This document shows, piece by piece, positions 52,851-56,567 of a DNA stretch of 56,567 nt. This stretch comes from Gnetum montanum (lineage: Eukaryota > Plantae > Gnetophyta). Every line of letters begins with the position of its first letter. Position 1 is the first letter of the stretch. The notes below the pieces were generated by a model. It saw only the letters and a list, made by a program, of their open reading frames with translations, was not told where the DNA came from and ran no database searches. The translations under genes were made by a program, and so were the position numbers. The stretch covers positions 349,914-406,480 of the forward strand of contig MNCI01001334.1 in assembly GCA_015680685.1 (NCBI GenBank), read 5' to 3'.

Positions 52851-54334
52851 TGATGAATGAGAGGTACCTACTATGTCCAACCATATAAATCACAAAGATT
52901 CACTAGTGATCTCGTCGAATTTTGTAGAGTTAGTTATCTAAGTTGCTAATATTTTTAAATAATGAATTGAGTAGTTGCAAGTTGTTGTCTTTTGAATCCA
53001 TACTTGTGTTTTAATTGTATGTATGGTTAAGTATTGTTAAAGCATAGGATATTTATTTTCATGATTATTTTCTCCTAATTGCTAGGTGATTAAATGAAAT
53101 TTTAATGATTAAATTATTTAAGTAATAAAATATATCATTAACTAATTCTCCTAATGTGGAGTATCTATTTTCACTTACTGTACATATCCTAAACTATATT
53201 TTTGTTGTTGGGTTACCAAGTGTATACTACTAGGCATACCAAATATCGACTACTGTAATTACTAAGTGTTAATACATTATGCTCAAAATGGTCATCCTCA
53301 TGTGCTTATAAATAATGACATTAATTAATTAATTAAGAACACTAATGTAATGTGCATGTAATGTAAAGTACTAAAAAGAATCAAGAAACTAGTCTAAGTG
53401 TTGCAATGGATGTAAGAAATCTTGATTTTATTCTTGATTATGCCAATGTGTTTAGGTACATGAGCACTCAAATAAAACTTTGTAGAATCTCATATATCCA
53501 TGCTATGGGCACTTAGAGGGAAAATATGCTAACCTCAAGGGAAGAAATTGTAAGATTTCAACTAACTCTACAATTGAAAGGTGCTATAAATGTGAGGGGT
53601 ATACATATTTATATTGGCAATGACTATGTTAGTGTCGACATATTTGTGTCAACACATCTTAGCATGCATCAATGGGGTTGCATCAACGGGCATGCATTGA
53701 CACTTCCTATCTTATTAATGTTTCATCACCATCACATAACTAGGGAACGTTAATCTATCGATTTGGTTTGTAGAAGTGGTGGGGATGGGGTTCTATTAAG
53801 TTTAAAATTCAAAGTACATTATATATCCCTTCAATAACAAAGAAGCTCAAAAAACAACAATGAAAAGGAAAATCCCATCCTTTTAATAATAAAGAAGCTC
53901 CAAAAATAGCAATGAAAAGAAAAGGTCTAATAGGTTTAACAATTCACTTGCAAGTGTTTATCCTTCTAACCAATCCTCAAAGGCTTCCCTTGTGTGGTAG
54001 GAAAATTATTGCCTTGGCTTTGTTTAGAATGCCTTTGTTGTTTTCACTTCTTACTAAATACTTATTAACAACCACAAAGAGTGAAGAAAAAATGTAAGCA
54101 ACAATGGTAATTCAAGGTTTCATCTTATGTGAGTGCAAAGTAATTAGAGGTTACTGAAGAAGAAGCAATGCAATTGGAACAAACAATGTATAAAAGTATT
54201 CTTTTGGATAGACATAACTTGGGATGTCCATGTCACATAAGCTAGGTTCAATGTGTCATATCATGTTTTTTGAAAAAGACAAAGGATGTAGCCAAAGACA
54301 CTATGACATTTGATGGCTAGTATGTCATATGACT

Positions 54335-54972
54335 CTGCCCCACACATGGAGAGTTTACTACCAAGTGAGGTTGTACAATCATTTCCATAAGTTCATTGTA
54401 TAGAAATTCTTAGAGTGCACTCATGCTCCCCGCACATGGAGAGTTGACAAGCTCTCAACTAGTAAATGAGCTTGTACAATAAGTTCACAATACAAAAATT
54501 CATAGTTTACCTAATAGTACATGGGTATGAGCTTGCTAGCCACTATTCATGCTGAGCTTTCTACCATTGGAAACCATTTTTATTTAACTTTGTTGAAAAT
54601 AATAAATTTTGTGGTCTTAAAATGCTCCATGTCATAGTAGGTTAACCAGAAAAAGCTCATGGGAATTCTCCATGTGCATATTACCGAGATCTGAGTTTGA
54701 TGTAACTACTGCATTAGAGTTCATACAGGACAGAACTCAGCTCAGATGAGTTGAACATATGCAAGGGGCATCAATAGCTCATGGGTATGAGTTTACTAAC
54801 CACTATTCATACCCTTAATATCCTTTTTATTTGACTTCAGTGAGTTTTTTAAATTTTGTAGTCCAAAAAATCTCTCATATGAATTCTCTATGTGCATACT
54901 ACAAAGATTTGAGTTTGAGATGACTACAGTATCAGACTTCATACAAGACAAAACTCAGCTTACAGAGCATCA
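54335..54972. repeat. Two nested tandem duplications
   Basis: ccc.cacatggagagtt..ttgtacaat at ~54338 and ~54428; catgggtatgag...catac.gac..aactcagct at 54520-54745 and 54780-54962. Confidence 0.75.
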
Positions 54973-56099
54973 GTTTTCACTTCCTCCTCCTACATATTGA
55001 ATGCCTTCAACTACTGTTCTTAGCCACTCTCCTTGTTTCTGCTTTCCATCTCCCATGCTGTTGGGTTTGCTCAAAAGTCTCAATGAATTTTCTGAGAATA
55101 ACCTGTTTACTATTCACACAATTTGTAGTTGATCTTTTTTGTAACATTTTTGACAGTGGTAGCACCTTCTAATGTAATGGTGCCAGATAGTTAGAGAAGG
55201 TTACCCAACTACACTGAGAGCTTGTCTGTCTCATGGTTAAGCTCAATGTCTGCAGCTGCAAGTCTTGCTAACATCCAGACTGTTACTGGAATCATGAGCA
55301 GATTTGGGAGTCCAGATCCCAAAACTTTCAGCAGCCGCAGCAGCAATGTTGAAGTGTGTAGATTGCAACCCAAAAAATCTTGTAGTTGAGGGATGTATTT
55401 GCTCGACGATGAGCCCTTGTGGATTATGCTCTGAGTTTTGACTGTCCACAATGTTGGGTGAGCCCACCTCTTATGCGACTGTAGACGAAGCTATGCATGC
55501 ATCGACAAATATCAAGCTCTTAAAAATCTTTTAGTTTAGGAATGTCTAAATCAAATTTAAATTCTATCAAACAAAAGTGAACAAGATGAAACAATCTCTT
55601 TATTAAAAAGAAATTTCTTCCATGTTGTCTAGAGCTCCCCTCCAATGAAGAGAAAGCAAAAATAACTTAATCTACAGTTTTGGATTTGTGTGAGGATCTG
55701 CAGCGTAGCTTATGCGATTGATGTCAAGCTACAAAAAAATAGACCACCTCAGTGGAACCAAATGCTAAAAATCAGCATGGGGTTTTGCTGGACTCTTAGG
55801 TCTGTTCTATTTTTTTGTCACCTACCAACATTCTTCCTCGCAATGATAACGAAACCGGTAATTTCTAGTTTCAGTTTCCAGTTACAAAATTTCCCGCTCC
55901 AAACCTGGCATTCAAATGTAAGTGGGAACATCCAAGGTAAACCTCTTTTGATCTCCCTTGACCTTTATGACCTTCCTAGCCTAGTTGACCGAAACAGTTT
56001 ACGTGGCAAAGCTTGCGCAAGGCATGCCATCATGTCCATATGAATGAACTTTTGGAATATGCATTGAGATAATAAAAAAAATTCATAGATATTGGAATT

Positions 56100-56267
56100 A
56101 TTATTTTTAGGTTAAATAGAAGATAATTCAAGGCTAGTAGTACAATCTTTACTCATACAAGGTAGATATTAGAATTGTTGCATGTTGATATTTGGTTTCA
56201 TCATGTCTTTCACCTTCATAGCAGACCCCATTTTGTTAAGACAATGCTAGGATGATGATGATGATGT
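56100..56267 (+). mobile_element. RTE-tailed SINE/LINE remnant with (GAT)n tail
   Basis: catagcagaccccattttgttaagacaatgctaggatgatgatgatgatg, same 3' end type as 17850-17894. Confidence 0.6.
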
Positions 56268-56534
56268 TTTTGTCTTTAATTCTCAATATTTTGTTGGTAA
56301 AATTGAAGCTTTTTTTCTTTTTTCCTTTTTGGTATTTGTACTTCATTTTGCTACATCTCCAGAACTTTCTCTATAACAAGTTTCCAAGCTTATTCTAAAT
56401 TTAATATTCCATCAATATTATGGATATCTCAATTTTGTAACTAAAATCATCCTTCATGATGATTTCTCCTATGATCTTATTGTTATTTTTATTTCTTAAG
56501 TAAATATTAATAACTAATACATTTATTTAGCTTC

Positions 56535-56567
56535 TGATGAGTGGCGAGGTACCCCTACACTCAACCA
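56535..56567. mobile_element. Edge of another LTR related to the one at 52851
   Basis: tgatgagtggcgaggtacccctacactcaacca versus tgatgaatgagaggtacctactatgtccaacca (52851-52883). Confidence 0.55.

Larger units (their letters stand above)
40420..53780 (-). mobile_element. Decayed Athila-like Ty3/gypsy LTR retrotransposon; 3' LTR not found; outer boundaries approximate
   Basis: Domain order gag-PR-RT-RH-INT on the minus strand, decayed PBS at 52831-52850, extra 3' ORF. Confidence 0.85.

Overview
AT-rich, repeat-dense nuclear DNA from a land plant with large introns and strong CG/CHG deamination, suggesting a non-angiosperm vascular plant, though the taxon cannot be fixed from the sequence. The backbone (3366-38400, + strand) is a 17-exon, bacterial-type organellar isoleucyl-tRNA synthetase gene (OVA2-like); its HIGH-motif 5' exons were not found in the window. 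It is a pseudogene: I count 6 in-frame TAG stops, 6 frameshifts (one destroys KMSKS) and 5 broken splice sites in the first 14 exons. The last 3 exons are undamaged and lie in DNA that keeps its CG sites. The introns hold decayed L1- and RTE-clade LINEs, SINE-like pieces and LTR relics. Downstream is a decayed Athila-like Ty3/gypsy element (- strand) with a PBS, gag-PR-RT-RH-INT and an extra ~2.6 kb 3' ORF flanked by a direct repeat. The most novel observation is that two diverged L1-type LINEs (21289-25265 - and 31213-35470 +) each carry a homologous extra 3' coding module: a Q/E/R coiled coil followed by a ~90-aa Cys/His/Trp domain I do not recognise. Exon calls come from manual translation and comparison with the remembered plant OVA2 protein; no database search was run.
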